A stretch of 64,000 nt of DNA from Schmidtea polychroa (Eukaryota), in contig CM097885.1 in NCBI GenBank assembly GCA_044892525.1, positions 195,610,001 to 195,674,000 on the forward strand, in the 5' to 3' direction. Positions 57,201-64,000 of this stretch are shown piece after piece (within the stretch, counting starts at the first letter, position 1; each line of letters starts with the position of its first letter). A program made the position numbers and the translations under genes. The notes beneath the pieces were generated by a model. It saw only the letters and a program-made list of their open reading frames with translations. It made no database searches and was not told where the DNA came from.

Positions 57201-60200
57201 TTAAAGGGTTAAATATCAATAAATGCCTTTGTAGATATTCTGTTTGGAAAATAATGTCTTCATTTTATTTATTTTGCTTATATTTTTAATATTGAAAATA
57301 AATGACCCTTAGGTCTACTGAAAAATAGCTGATGTTGCTGTGGTGCAGAAAGAATTTGTTATGCCTGCTTTAACAGAATGAGCAAAATTGATGAATTATT
57401 TTTAAATATATAAATAACATTATAATTAATATAACTAATTAACTTGTCGGAGAAATTGAATTTCTTTAAAAACACGATTAAATTTCAAATCAATTTTCAG
57501 TCATAAATAATCGCCTGTTTCCCAAGGGAATGTGAGCGAGAGCAATGCAAAAAGATAACCGAACACAAATTCCAGTGCAATATGATTTATAATACATTAT
57601 AATATGTCGAATAATAAAGTATTTTCATTTGATAAAAATGATCCCAAAATGTTCTTTATTGGTATGGCAGTCAAAAAATGCAGTGAAGAATTAAAATGTT
57701 TCTCGGTTTCAAATGTTCGTCAATTATGCCGATTTACGAGTCCATTGACGAGAAAAGTGCATGCCTTTGAAAGCTATCGAGTTAATAGAGAAACCTTTCG
57801 TATTATTTGATTCTTTTAAAGTTGTTAATTGTCCATGATAAAATATTAAGAAATTTCATAAAAGTAATTTTATTGGCAAAGATTGAATATTTTATCGAGA
57901 GGTTTTAAAAAGTGTTCTCTGATGACATATCTCACCTTTCCGGCCTTTACTGTGCGTTTAACATAAGTACATTTTCAAGTATTCATAAAATAATATTCTT
58001 AGTTCACAGGTTTATTGAGCCCATAAAGTTGCTTTTGTCTATTATAAAATTACTTAAATTCGTATCACAACTTATTAACACCTTTAAATCCGAAAAATAA
58101 CCAACTTTGAGCAGGGACGGCTCTACCATATACGCGAATTAGGCGGCCGCCTAGGGTGCAAAAATATTTTTCTAAATTATTTCTCGACTATATAAAAAAA
58201 AATTATTTATTATGATATCTTTAATTTTTCTCTTTCACAATTGTCACTCCTATATTATTTTGTACTATTATTTATGTATTTTGAAACTGCATATATTATT
58301 ATATTTTGAAATGGACAAATTTTTTATTTCACTCAATAAAAGATTTATTACGAAATACCTACTCGTTGAATTAAGAAATTTAAATTATTAAAACATAATG
58401 TTTCAGTTGGCATTCTTTAAGGTAGGCGCTTCATAAAAATTTGCCTAGGACGCTAGGCTTGGACAAAATTTCTTAAGCCGCCCCTGACTCTGAGAAGCAT
58501 ATGAAGATATTTTATTTTAACACTAGAAAGTTCTTTAAATTGGGAGAAAATGCGAAAGAGATATAAAGTTTTTGGATTGTCATATTGAGACATTATTTCA
58601 TGATTTGTCACCATCATTTTATAGTATTATTTGTTCATGAAGGATTTTGAAACGGCCTTAATTCTGATATTTTTGTCTTTTCAGAACCTTAAATTAATAA
58701 CACGTGGTAATCTACATATAAAAAAACATTCAATTAAATTTTGAGGAAGAAAGCAAATATTGCATTAATATTTGCAAGAATAAAAACAAAATTATTTGCA
58801 AATTAGCAGCCGGGTTTTTTGTAGGATTCACAATCAGTGCAATATAAAGATTCTATTTCATGATATATTGTATTTGTAAATTGAGAATGAAAAATATTAT
58901 GATCATGTAATATAAAATCGGATACAGATCTTGCATCTACAATAATATACACAAACATCATTAAGTAGGTTAGCGATAAATTTAACAATTTCTCTCATCT
59001 ATGTTAAAATCTTTATGCCATTCCTTCTCCAAAATTAAGATTACATATTTGCATCCAAGGCCGTAACAAGGCATTATTGCGCCCTGTGCGGTTCATATAT
59101 ATGGCACCCCCAACTTACGAATTCAAAACAGTCTACTATAATCATTATAATGTTCATGTTAAGATTGTTGACTATGTACTCATCTCTAGCTATTATATAA
59201 TAGGTAGTAATGCTCTTAAAATTCTGTTGCTAATTGAAAAAATGACAGGAACCCATTTTGTGGATTAACATTTTATAAAATACACACCTACGAAGGCACG
59301 CTAATGGACCAGTCCAACCAGTAATGTTAAAGATAGACTACCTAGGATGTCGTTTTTTTTCGTTCATGTCATTTATTATTTTTTATTTATATTTCTTCAT
59401 TTTTTGGTGGTATTAAAAAATTGGTACATCCCTGTGTAACTGCACTGCTCGCACCACCCTTGTTATGGCCCTGTTGACATCCACAAATGTTAACATAAGT
59501 TATATTGGGAAGTAAAATTCTGCACTAGTCTGTTCCTATTGAAAAATTAAAGTTATCAAAGTATTGGTATGGTTAATTATTAGTTTGTCGTGTCTGTGTG
59601 CGTTCTCTGTTTACATTTGAGATTGGGTTTGTATGCGCACACAGACGCGATTAGTGTCATTTTTTGTGAATTAATTATCGGTTTTCGCGTCTGTGTGCGC
59701 TTTTTACTTTGTTGGATGGATTTGTGTGCGCACACAGACGCGGACAATTGTGAATATTATGATTTGAGTTTTTTGTTCGGTTAAGTGATATCGATTTTTG
59801 GGTTTTTGATTTCTGTCGATTTTGGAAATATGATTCAAATTCTGGAAGTTTTTAGAATTGATTTATAATTTTGGTAATTCGGGTTGGTTCGAGGAATTTT
59901 TGTTTAAAAGATTACTTTTTATACCAGTTTTGAATTTTTGGCCTTAGTGAAATATGGAAGATAATGAATGTTTGATATGTCGTATTTCAATGAGCAATAT
60001 AGCGAAGAGATGTCTTTTCAGCAGCGAAACTCGTCCATGTGATCGTGGCTCAACAAGATCGTTGCAAATTATTAACGGAAGTAATGTAAATGTCATAGAT
60101 AATCAAGATTTTTATGAATTCGTTTATATTTCAAAACTTCTAATTGACATTAATTCAATTTTTCAAAGTTTATCAAAACGATTGGAAATCAACGATTTAA

Positions 60201-61466
60201 TTTCTGTAAATCATGAAATGACAGAAGAGGAACTCCAAGATATGTGTATGAAATTTCCCCAAAAATTTAAAGATATTCGTAAATTATCTGAAACCATTTA
60301 TGACATTAGCGATAAAAAGATAAACTTGCTAACTTATGAATGTGATATTCTATTTAATCGAGTTCTTAAAAGGATCAACACAATTCAAATGTTTATTAGC
60401 CAAAGTGTTGAACAATTATCCAATGTTTCAAATTCAATCATGGCTCAATCTCAAGTTATTGGACACGTTAGATGGTTTAACAAACAATGGTTTTGTACAA
60501 ATAAAGCGTGTGATGCGATTAATTACAAAGAAATTCCTCTGATGTGTCTTAGACGAAAACAGGTAAATTAATGAGTTTATTAATTAAAACTTTATTTGCA
60601 TAATGATTAAGCATTTCTGGAATTTTCTTTCTAAGTCCTTACTTGTGCAAGTTACAACATTTTCTGTTACTATTCTTCACCATATACATTCGAAGATGCC
60701 GGTAATTAGTATAATTACTATAATTAGTAATCATGTTAATATCAATACTTAAATCCAATACGGTCTGTACTTACATTTTGCCCTAGCTTCACTCGTGGCT
60801 TGTCACATCATTTACTATTTACATTTTTTATTCCTATTTTTTGACCTAGTGTTAAATACGGCACTGCGAGTGTAAGGTATATAAATAATTATATAAAAAG
60901 AATTTAGCTATAAGCGTTTAACTTGTTAACTAGGAAATAATATATAAGCAACAGTATATATGTATATAAAGATAACGTCCAAAAAGAGTTAATGGTAAGG
61001 AATTTATGTTGATGTAATTGAGAGTAAATTATTTAAACTTATTAGTTTATTGTAAAATTACTTTTTTTAATGTAAAACTTTATTCGTGCCAGATATAGAT
61101 TACAATCTTGAACTATTTGAAGAGTACTTTACTAACTAGCAATGAACGGAAGTTGGGAATCACTTTATTAAATAAAGACAAAGATAAAGAAGTAAAATTA
61201 ATTAAAATCTAATTTAAAGTTTTCCGTATGTCATGAAACCAAGGTCAGAACTTAGTAAATAAATTTATTCCCACTATGTTGCACTGTATAAATGAACTAA
61301 GTATGTTTTAAATGTTTGGATTTAATGTTCAAATTAGTCACTTTTAGTTAGACATAAAAATATTTTAAATATTTTAAAATAGAAAAATTGTTACCCTGAT
61401 ACGTCTCATTGCTGATACAATTTCCAGGCGATTCTGAGGTCTAGCGACATCCATTGACCCGATATA
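1115..61466 (-). CDS. NOS1AP: CAPON/NOS1AP (DYC-1-like) PTB-domain adaptor, 5'-partial spliced CDS: join 61466-61395, 54805-54713, 36097-35982, 35930-35822, 32699-32372, 21008-20881, 15830-15639, 3784-3557, 3496-3396, 1388-1253, 1210-1115
   Basis: All 10 introns are GT-AG and phases match (0,0,2,0,1,0,0,0,2,0); total 1599 nt open to TAA. Peptides [24 protein letters not shown] / [16 protein letters not shown] / [32 protein letters not shown] / [16 protein letters not shown] and [21 protein letters not shown] match the CAPON PTB and coiled-coil regions as I recall them. Confidence 0.93.
1253..1388 (-). CDS. NOS1AP: CAPON exon (136 nt, 2-0) [45 protein letters not shown]
   Basis: tttttag acceptor, gtaaag donor, phase matches previous exon. 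Confidence 0.8.
2294..2341 (+). promoter_or_regulatory. TGTGTGCG hairpin cassette head, copy A
   Basis: TCGCGTCTGTGTGCG (2294-2308) / CGCACACAGGCGCGA (2327-2341), 18-nt spacer. The inverted repeat is certain; a promoter role is inferred. Confidence 0.5.
2533..3123 (+). pseudogene. Chimeric ORF A: LMO-type LIM fragment fused in frame to a Rab1 fragment plus unidentified segments; frameshift near 2990
   Basis: [25 protein letters not shown] (2569-2643) joined directly to [31 protein letters not shown] (2644-2736); GTG start; continues in another frame ([25 protein letters not shown]) into the gap. Confidence 0.8.
3396..3496 (-). CDS. NOS1AP: CAPON exon (101 nt, 0-2) ATNSQESS...ELFSEH(N)
   Basis: ctag acceptor after a 60-bp intron, gtaagc donor, open frame. 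Confidence 0.8.
3557..3784 (-). CDS. NOS1AP: CAPON exon (228 nt, 0-0) [19 protein letters not shown]...ENLRFP
   Basis: atatag acceptor, gtaag donor; aligns to ARVHQLLLQNKDMLQHI. Confidence 0.85.
3786..3872. repeat. AT-rich minisatellite abutting the CAPON exon acceptor
   Basis: attaataatatattcaatccaataatatat twice plus a partial unit. Confidence 0.8.
5522..5719 (+). mobile_element. Internally deleted copy of the 32945 HINE-like element
   Basis: Shares the 5' end, microsatellite and about 150-bp 3' segment; runs into an N-gap. Confidence 0.65.
6631..7155. mobile_element. Penelope-like pseudo-LTR remnant with inverted partial copy
   Basis: About 50-bp inverted arms 6631-6680 and 7107-7155; the left arm runs into the hammerhead, the right arm is truncated before the CTGATGA core. 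Confidence 0.55.
6664..6702 (-). ncRNA. Minimal type I hammerhead ribozyme (Penelope-type)
   Basis: cac-CTGATGA-t-gacag-gaaaa-ctgtc-GAAA-tatat-C-gtg: full core, 5-bp stem II, palindromic ATATAT stem III, 3-bp stem I. Confidence 0.75.
8950..9300 (-). mobile_element. Possible second Merlin remnant
   Basis: GVQIDSC, FCFG and EGSEYCHLW fragments in the expected order; heavily decayed. Confidence 0.3.
9794..10413 (+). pseudogene. Ser/Asn/Gln-rich decayed exon or reading frame, donor gene unknown
   Basis: One frame of about 206 codons after a tttgtag acceptor, with only 3 internal stops (9826, 9910, 10297); includes listed ORF 9988..10299. Confidence 0.5.
11917..12582. mobile_element. hAT-type MITE (CAGGGCC termini)
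   Basis: Termini tagggcc / ggccctg; imperfect 8-bp TSD gcacccat / gcacacac. Confidence 0.7.
14529..14561 (+). ncRNA. Minimal hammerhead ribozyme, U3-A8 core variant
   Basis: tcac-TTGAGAA-a-gac-agt-gcc-GAAA-att-C-gtga; one stem II mismatch. Confidence 0.55.
14651..14688. repeat. (AT)19 microsatellite immediately 5' of cassette B
   Basis: Direct reading. Confidence 0.95.
14692..14752 (+). promoter_or_regulatory. TGTGTGCG hairpin cassette head, copy B
   Basis: TCGCGTCTGTGTGCG (14692-14706) / CGCACACAAACGCG (14739-14752), 32-nt spacer, followed by GACAATTGT as in copy C2. Confidence 0.5.
14891..15303 (+). pseudogene. ORF B: single WD40-repeat-like fragment plus unidentified tail, frameshift near 15120
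   Basis: [42 protein letters not shown] has GH...W WD40 spacing; overlapping ORFs 14891..15187 and 15121..15303. Confidence 0.6.
15639..15830 (-). CDS. NOS1AP: CAPON exon (192 nt, 0-0) LSEMNSN...[22 protein letters not shown]
   Basis: ctctag acceptor, gtgagt donor; aligns to AQVHLLKDQLAAEAAARLEAQ coiled coil. Confidence 0.88.
17980..18773. mobile_element. pogo/Tigger-type MITE
   Basis: Perfect 23-bp TIR CAGTAAACCCTCCAACTGCGCGG, TA on both flanks. Confidence 0.92.
20100..20520 (+). mobile_element. Possible pogo-like transposase remnant (internally deleted)
   Basis: [19 protein letters not shown] (HTH-like) and [22 protein letters not shown] (resembles pogo C-terminal region), with stops. 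Confidence 0.35.
20881..21008 (-). CDS. NOS1AP: CAPON exon (128 nt, 1-0) (T)[42 protein letters not shown]
   Basis: Strong tttcttttcag acceptor, gtaaat donor, open frame; supplies exactly the phase 1-to-0 bridge required. No recognisable homology. Confidence 0.72.
21497..21565. repeat. Fold-back palindrome of the pseudo-LTR tail
   Basis: 30-bp arms with 2 mismatches around the loop aaaaacatc; arm sequence matches the tail after the 14529 and 30313 ribozymes. Confidence 0.8.
22456..22517. repeat. Second fold-back palindrome of the same tail
   Basis: attgactatgaatcagtaaa ... tttactgattcatagtcaat around aaaaaaacatc. Confidence 0.8.
22985..23360 (-). mobile_element. Helitron 3' end: PIF1-type helicase C-terminus and terminal hairpin
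   Basis: [39 protein letters not shown]-stop (helicase motif VI), then cccgggcgaaattggg hairpin remnant at 23009-22994. Confidence 0.72.
25852..26693 (+). mobile_element. Non-autonomous hAT element retaining the transposase N-terminal zinc finger
   Basis: TIR tagtcctaccat / atggcagggata; TSD gttattga / gttataga; subterminal gtcccgg repeats; ORF 26213..26485 with [29 protein letters not shown] (second Cys changed to Ser). Confidence 0.88.
26879..27867 (+). mobile_element. Solo LTR (989 bp)
   Basis: TGTTG...CAACA termini, ATAT 4-bp TSD, CCAAT about 27619, TATA 27653, AATAAA 27762, short gagacgattt tandem in U3. Confidence 0.82.
28536..29431 (+). mobile_element. MULE/Mutator-like non-autonomous element
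   Basis: Perfect 10-bp flanking repeat tatattttat; long imperfect TIRs built of GTCACTTAA / TTAAGTGAC units; internal decayed coding tail (KKVGRPSK...KRQKT-stop). Confidence 0.8.
30313..30345 (-). ncRNA. Minimal hammerhead ribozyme, U3-A8 core variant
   Basis: tcac-TTGAAAA-a-ggc-agt-gcc-GAAA-att-C-gtga; perfect stems I and II, palindromic AATT stem III. Confidence 0.62.
31560..31960 (-). mobile_element. Possible Gypsy RT N-terminal remnant
   Basis: NDFDDIFSG ... KKNGKLTF resembles EF.DVFS ... KKDGKLRFCVDY; many stops. Confidence 0.35.
32372..32699 (-). CDS. NOS1AP: CAPON exon (328 nt, 0-1) [19 protein letters not shown]...KEGKR
   Basis: gaaag acceptor, gtaaa donor; end of PTB followed by Ser-rich linker; matches listed ORF 32343..32699. 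Confidence 0.93.
32945..33304 (+). mobile_element. DINE-1/HINE-like (Helentron-associated) element
   Basis: Inverted ends tttttaaactctc / gagagttttaaaaa, internal (TGTA/TGTT) microsatellite, core ...cggatcgagctgaaattcggca...; second internally deleted copy at 5522. Confidence 0.65.
33600..33856 (+). mobile_element. Gypsy-like gag remnant, left part (interrupted by Merlin)
   Basis: Decayed frame ending [10 protein letters not shown], read as the start of a zinc knuckle that continues after the Merlin. Confidence 0.45.
33857..34984 (-). mobile_element. Merlin (IS1016/ISXO2-like) transposon, decayed transposase about 34880-34030
   Basis: [75 protein letters not shown] in one frame with stops; about 40-bp near-perfect TIR core; no clear TSD. 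Confidence 0.88.
34985..35548 (+). mobile_element. Gypsy-like remnant: CCHC knuckle, aspartic protease, integrase-like fragment
   Basis: [15 protein letters not shown]; [12 protein letters not shown] (degenerate DTG) and YDVILGRN; [22 protein letters not shown]; RT and RNase H missing. Confidence 0.7.
35822..35930 (-). CDS. NOS1AP: CAPON exon (109 nt, 2-0) [36 protein letters not shown]
   Basis: tttag acceptor after a 51-bp intron, gtact donor; PTB core motif. Confidence 0.96.
35982..36097 (-). CDS. NOS1AP: CAPON exon (116 nt, 0-2) TPIKLRLSQ...LLLMHHPIY(R)
   Basis: ttcag acceptor, gtaat donor; ends in the conserved HPIYR. Confidence 0.9.
36781..36877. repeat. 97-nt imperfect fold-back hairpin
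   Basis: 37-bp arms attttcaaagtagttttgattgattaactagaaatat / atatttctagttcaacaaccaaaactacattgaaaat. Confidence 0.8.
39024..40120 (-). mobile_element. IS630/Tc1-superfamily DD34E transposon, decayed transposase about 39985-39105
   Basis: HTH region ([11 protein letters not shown]), IYIDEMG..YGRSLIG, (D to N)[19 protein letters not shown] with 34 residues spacing after fixing two frameshifts; degenerate CAGGGTT / CAGAGTT termini (boundaries uncertain). Confidence 0.85.
42338..42974. mobile_element. hAT-type MITE (TAGGGTGACCA-like termini)
   Basis: TIR taagatgacca / tggtcacatta; TSD agcaattt / agcaatat; gtcccg subterminal repeats. Confidence 0.82.
44697..44870 (+). mobile_element. Truncated pogo/Tigger-type MITE related to 17980
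   Basis: Shares ccctc..cggtagatacgttcca and ataggttcca; no second TIR found. Confidence 0.6.
47236..47488. mobile_element. hAT-type MITE, same family as 11917
   Basis: Shared 3' end ggggcccggcc..ctctcgacggcc; TSD gtaatagg / gtaatggg. Confidence 0.7.
48561..48766. mobile_element. Inverted pair of hammerhead-bearing pseudo-LTR fragments
   Basis: About 70-bp inverted arms (48561-48630 / 48694-48766); second core mutated to CTGACAA. Confidence 0.6.
48585..48623 (-). ncRNA. Minimal type I hammerhead ribozyme, same family as 6664
   Basis: CTGACGA-t-gatag-tgatg-ctatc-GAAA-tatat-A-gtg; stem II covaries with the 6664 copy; stem I weak. Confidence 0.65.
49348..49606. mobile_element. Stowaway-like Tc1/mariner MITE
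   Basis: 30-bp TIR CTCCCTCTGTCCAAAA(A/G)TGATAGTCCAGTT with 1 mismatch, TA flanks. Confidence 0.92.
54134..54212. repeat. (TAA)n microsatellite, about 26 units
   Basis: Direct reading; a shorter (TAA)n lies at about 53662-53693. Confidence 0.95.
54713..54805 (-). CDS. NOS1AP: CAPON exon (93 nt, 0-0) [31 protein letters not shown]
   Basis: tttcag acceptor, gtgagt donor; matches [24 protein letters not shown]. Confidence 0.95.
56947..57184. mobile_element. Second Stowaway-like MITE, opposite orientation
   Basis: CTCCCTCTGTCCAAAAAT / ATTTTTGGACAGAGGGAA, TA flanks; left end matches the reverse complement of the 49606 end. Confidence 0.88.
58112..58486. mobile_element. hAT-type MITE
   Basis: TIR cagggacggct / agccgcccctg; TSD actttgag / actctgag. 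Confidence 0.88.
59056..59473. mobile_element. hAT-type MITE
   Basis: 16-bp TIR caaggccgtaacaagg / ccttgttatggccctg; imperfect TSD tttgcatc / ttgacatc. Confidence 0.82.
59588..59742 (+). promoter_or_regulatory. TGTGTGCG hairpin cassette head, tandem copies C1 and C2
   Basis: C1 59588-59602 / 59636-59650; C2 59685-59699 / 59729-59742; the C2 spacer is homologous to the copy B spacer. Confidence 0.5.
59954..60571 (+). CDS. ORF C: uninterrupted 205-aa ORF of unknown function (N-terminal CxxC, central helical segment, GHVRWFN motif)
   Basis: ATG start, longest gap-free ORF in the window; CAG|GTAAAT donor at 60563 just before the stop. Confidence 0.6.
   Translation: MEDNECLICRISMSNIAKRCLFSSETRPCDRGSTRSLQIINGSNVNVIDNQDFYEFVYISKLLIDINSIFQSLSKRLEINDLISVNHEMTEEELQDMCMKFPQKFKDIRKLSETIYDISDKKINLLTYECDILFNRVLKRINTIQMFISQSVEQLSNVSNSIMAQSQVIGHVRWFNKQWFCTNKACDAINYKEIPLMCLRRKQVN
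61395..61466 (-). CDS. NOS1AP: CAPON exon (72 nt, phase 0-0) [24 protein letters not shown]
   Basis: ttaag acceptor, gtaac donor; near-identity to CAPON [24 protein letters not shown]. Confidence 0.95.
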
Positions 61467-62069
61467 CTTAATGGAAAATTATTATATTATTTTTTTATAT
61501 TATTACAAATAAATTCAACATTATTTTCAAAACTATAAATTTGTTCGAATTTATAGATTTCAGAAAAAATAGACATATTTTTTCTTTTTTGAAAAGGTTT
61601 TCCATAATTATCAGTAGTTGAAATTTTTCGTTACATTTAAGTAAATTAATTCTACTTTGGAAATTATTTTTTTTGTATTTTTATCAAATATGACTTGCAT
61701 TAACATCGCCATAATTAAATATAAAGTCTTTGAAGAAATTCCATTAAATGTGTTTAATATACTGAAAGCAAAATTAAATCAGGGAGATTTTATAAAATAT
61801 AAGTATAAAATATTTTGTTGTTTGANNNNNNNNNNNNNNNNNNNNNNNNNNNNNNNNNNNNNNNNNNNNNNNNNNNNNNNNNNNNNNNNNNNNNNNNNNN
61901 NNNNNNNNNNNNNNNNNNNNNNNNNNNNNNNNNNNNNNNNNNNNNNNNNNNNNNNNNNNNNNNNNNNNNNNNNNNNNNNNNNNNNNNNNNNNNNNNNNNN
62001 NNNNNNNNNNNNNNNNNNNNNNNNNNNNNNNNNNNNNNNNNNNNNNNNNNNNNNNNNNNNNNNNNNNNN

Positions 62070-62170
62070 TTATCGTTTTCGGATCTTGGTTATGAATTAA
62101 AATGTTATGAATGTGATGTCACAGACATAGGAATGACTACCCGTCATCTTCGTTCTCTAGTTTTTAATTA
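62070..62170 (+). mobile_element. Penelope-like GIY-YIG endonuclease fragment
   Basis: GYELKCYECDVTDIGMTTRHLRS resembles VYKITC..C..SYIGMTTRHL. Confidence 0.6.
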
Positions 62171-62281
62171 CTGTTGATTAAAGGAATTGATTAATATTAA
62201 TAAGCTCAATTGTGTGTTTTTGTTTTCGGAGTGAAACACGTTTTCAATTTATTTGTGAAATCATACTACATCCTATTAGTA

Positions 62282-62838
62282 TCGAAGTGTAATTAAATTC
62301 TTTGTTTTGTATGATAATAACAGTCAGCATATATGGAACCAGTTATATCTCTCTCGTACCACAATCTACGATAGAATTACCCAGTTTAAATATGGTCGCT
62401 ATTCAGTGATGGATGGTGAGAAAATTGAGGATTTTTGTAAAATGTCTGACCATAAAAGGTCAGAATGTTTGCAAATTGTGAAGGAAGAACTTTGAATTAC
62501 AATCAAGGATATTTCGCAGCGATAGTAGAATGCGAGTACTGGAAGAGTGCATGTCATCCTGAATGAATCCGGCTTAAGAAAATTTGCATCCGGGTTCGTT
62601 CCACGTTTTCTTAGTTCTGCTATATGTGAAAGCTGAAGGAAAACCTGTCCGCCAAACCTTCTCAATTTTGATGAATTATTGTGGATGAAATCATTGGTTG
62701 ACTGATTGCCTGAAGCTATGTCGAAAATGTGTGGTTATCTTCAAGAACTTTATCGATCTTCTTTCGACTAATAACCGCAAAAATATCAGTTAAAACCGGC
62801 AATAATTTTCATAACTACATTTTGCTTTAACATCCTCA
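62282..62838 (+). mobile_element. mariner transposase 5' remnant
   Basis: LSRTTIYDRITQFKYGRYSVMDGE, RITIKDIS, GRVHVILNESGLRKFASGFVPRFLS (WVP motif variant); frameshifted; boundaries approximate. Confidence 0.7.
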
Positions 62839-63708
62839 GACCGTGTGAACATTACAATGTACAATATTTTCTTTCCTTTTTTGAAGCCTTTTCAATGTAT
62901 TGAGTTCTTTTGCAAATTGAAATGTACATGTTGTATTTTCCAAAGTCTTAAAAATACGAAAAAATTTTTTCATCATCCTTAAAATATTAGAAAAAATATT
63001 AAAAAATTTCATAAAATATCTTTTTAATAAAAAATAAAAAGTCATAATTTTGGATTTTAAAAAATGTCATTTGAAAATTGAACAAGATTTTACACTTTAA
63101 TGTTATGATTTCGACAAAATATATTAAACCTGTTTTTTCAAAGTCGTCAATAAATATTAGAAAACTTTTTATCTCAGCAAATTTTTAACAAAATTGTTTT
63201 CATAAATTTATAATCTCAATTATTTCATAACATATAAAATAATATAATTATGCAAATTAAAATAAAATCGAATTTTCTCATTCTTTATCCTGGAAATTTT
63301 ATTTATATAGTAAAATGAATAATCAAATGAAAATTCTAAATTTTATTTTCTTATGCCTTTTGAAAGTTGCCTTTTTTAACCGTAGTAAGCAGTGTGATAA
63401 TAAGTCTTTTTCTACAATTTGTTTTACTCAATTAATTATCAAACCCTCCTACTTAATATCTTTGAAATGGCATTATTGCGTTCATATTTACAAAATATTT
63501 AATTAATTTTTTTGCCAATATCAAAACAATTCATAATCATTCATAAATAGGCTTGCCAGATAAAAATTTCGAAAAAAACGTACATACAAAAATTGATCAG
63601 CATAAAAAAGAAAACAATTAAAGATACATGTTATGTATTTTTTTTATTATTATAATTATCAGTAAATATGTTATATATAAAATTATTAAATTATTTTAAA
63701 AAATAAAA

Positions 63709-63910
63709 TAATTTTAAAAATAAATCACAGGCTCCTTAATTCTGCCTTAACAAAAAATTAATTATATCACTTCAATAAAATATTAAAATTAATTTTATGA
63801 ATAGTATAACAATTTAAAAAACAAATAACAAGGACTTTAATTCTGCCCTTAAAAAACTTAATTATATTAATAGTAAAACAATTTTAAAAATAAATCACAA
63901 GGACTTCATT
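63709..63910. repeat. Degenerate tandem repeat, about three units
   Basis: aattttaaaaataaatcac(a)gg..ttaattctgcc recurring at about 63710, 63820 and 63880. Confidence 0.65.
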
Positions 63911-64000
63911 TAATTATAATTTGATTAGGTATATTTTTCATTTCCTTTAAGTTTTTTTAATAATTCATCTTTCTGAATCATATATTTGTAAAACTCTTTG

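Noticed and set aside
60769-60800. Possible Helitron 3' end that might close cassette C
   Set aside because: It is on the opposite strand, the stem is broken and the terminus is TAAG rather than CTAG.

Overview
Very AT-rich eukaryotic (metazoan) genomic scaffold with 12 N-gaps; no prokaryotic features, rRNA, tRNA or CRISPR. Almost the whole window lies inside one minus-strand gene, a CAPON/NOS1AP (DYC-1-like) PTB-domain adaptor. I rebuilt 11 coding exons by hand from 61466 down to the stop at 1115. All phases join, giving 1599 nt (532 aa + stop); the first exon is probably beyond the window end. Introns are bimodal (42-60 bp versus 2-18.6 kb). They are filled with TE debris: hAT, MULE, pogo/Tigger and Stowaway-like MITEs, Merlin, DD34E, mariner, a Gypsy remnant, a solo LTR, Helitron/Helentron pieces and Penelope-type fragments with minimal hammerhead ribozymes. 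The most unusual signal is a repeated intronic cassette, antisense to the host gene, at 2294, 14692 and 59588. Each has a conserved CpG-rich inverted repeat (TCGCGTCTGTGTGCG...CGCACACAGACGCG), a G/T-skewed leader, and a different ORF built from host-gene fragments (LMO LIM + Rab1; WD40; possibly CxxC + cold-shock). This suggests a mobile promoter and exon-capture system. All protein identifications are motif recognition from memory, not database searches. The organism cannot be identified; a flatworm-like genome is only an inference.
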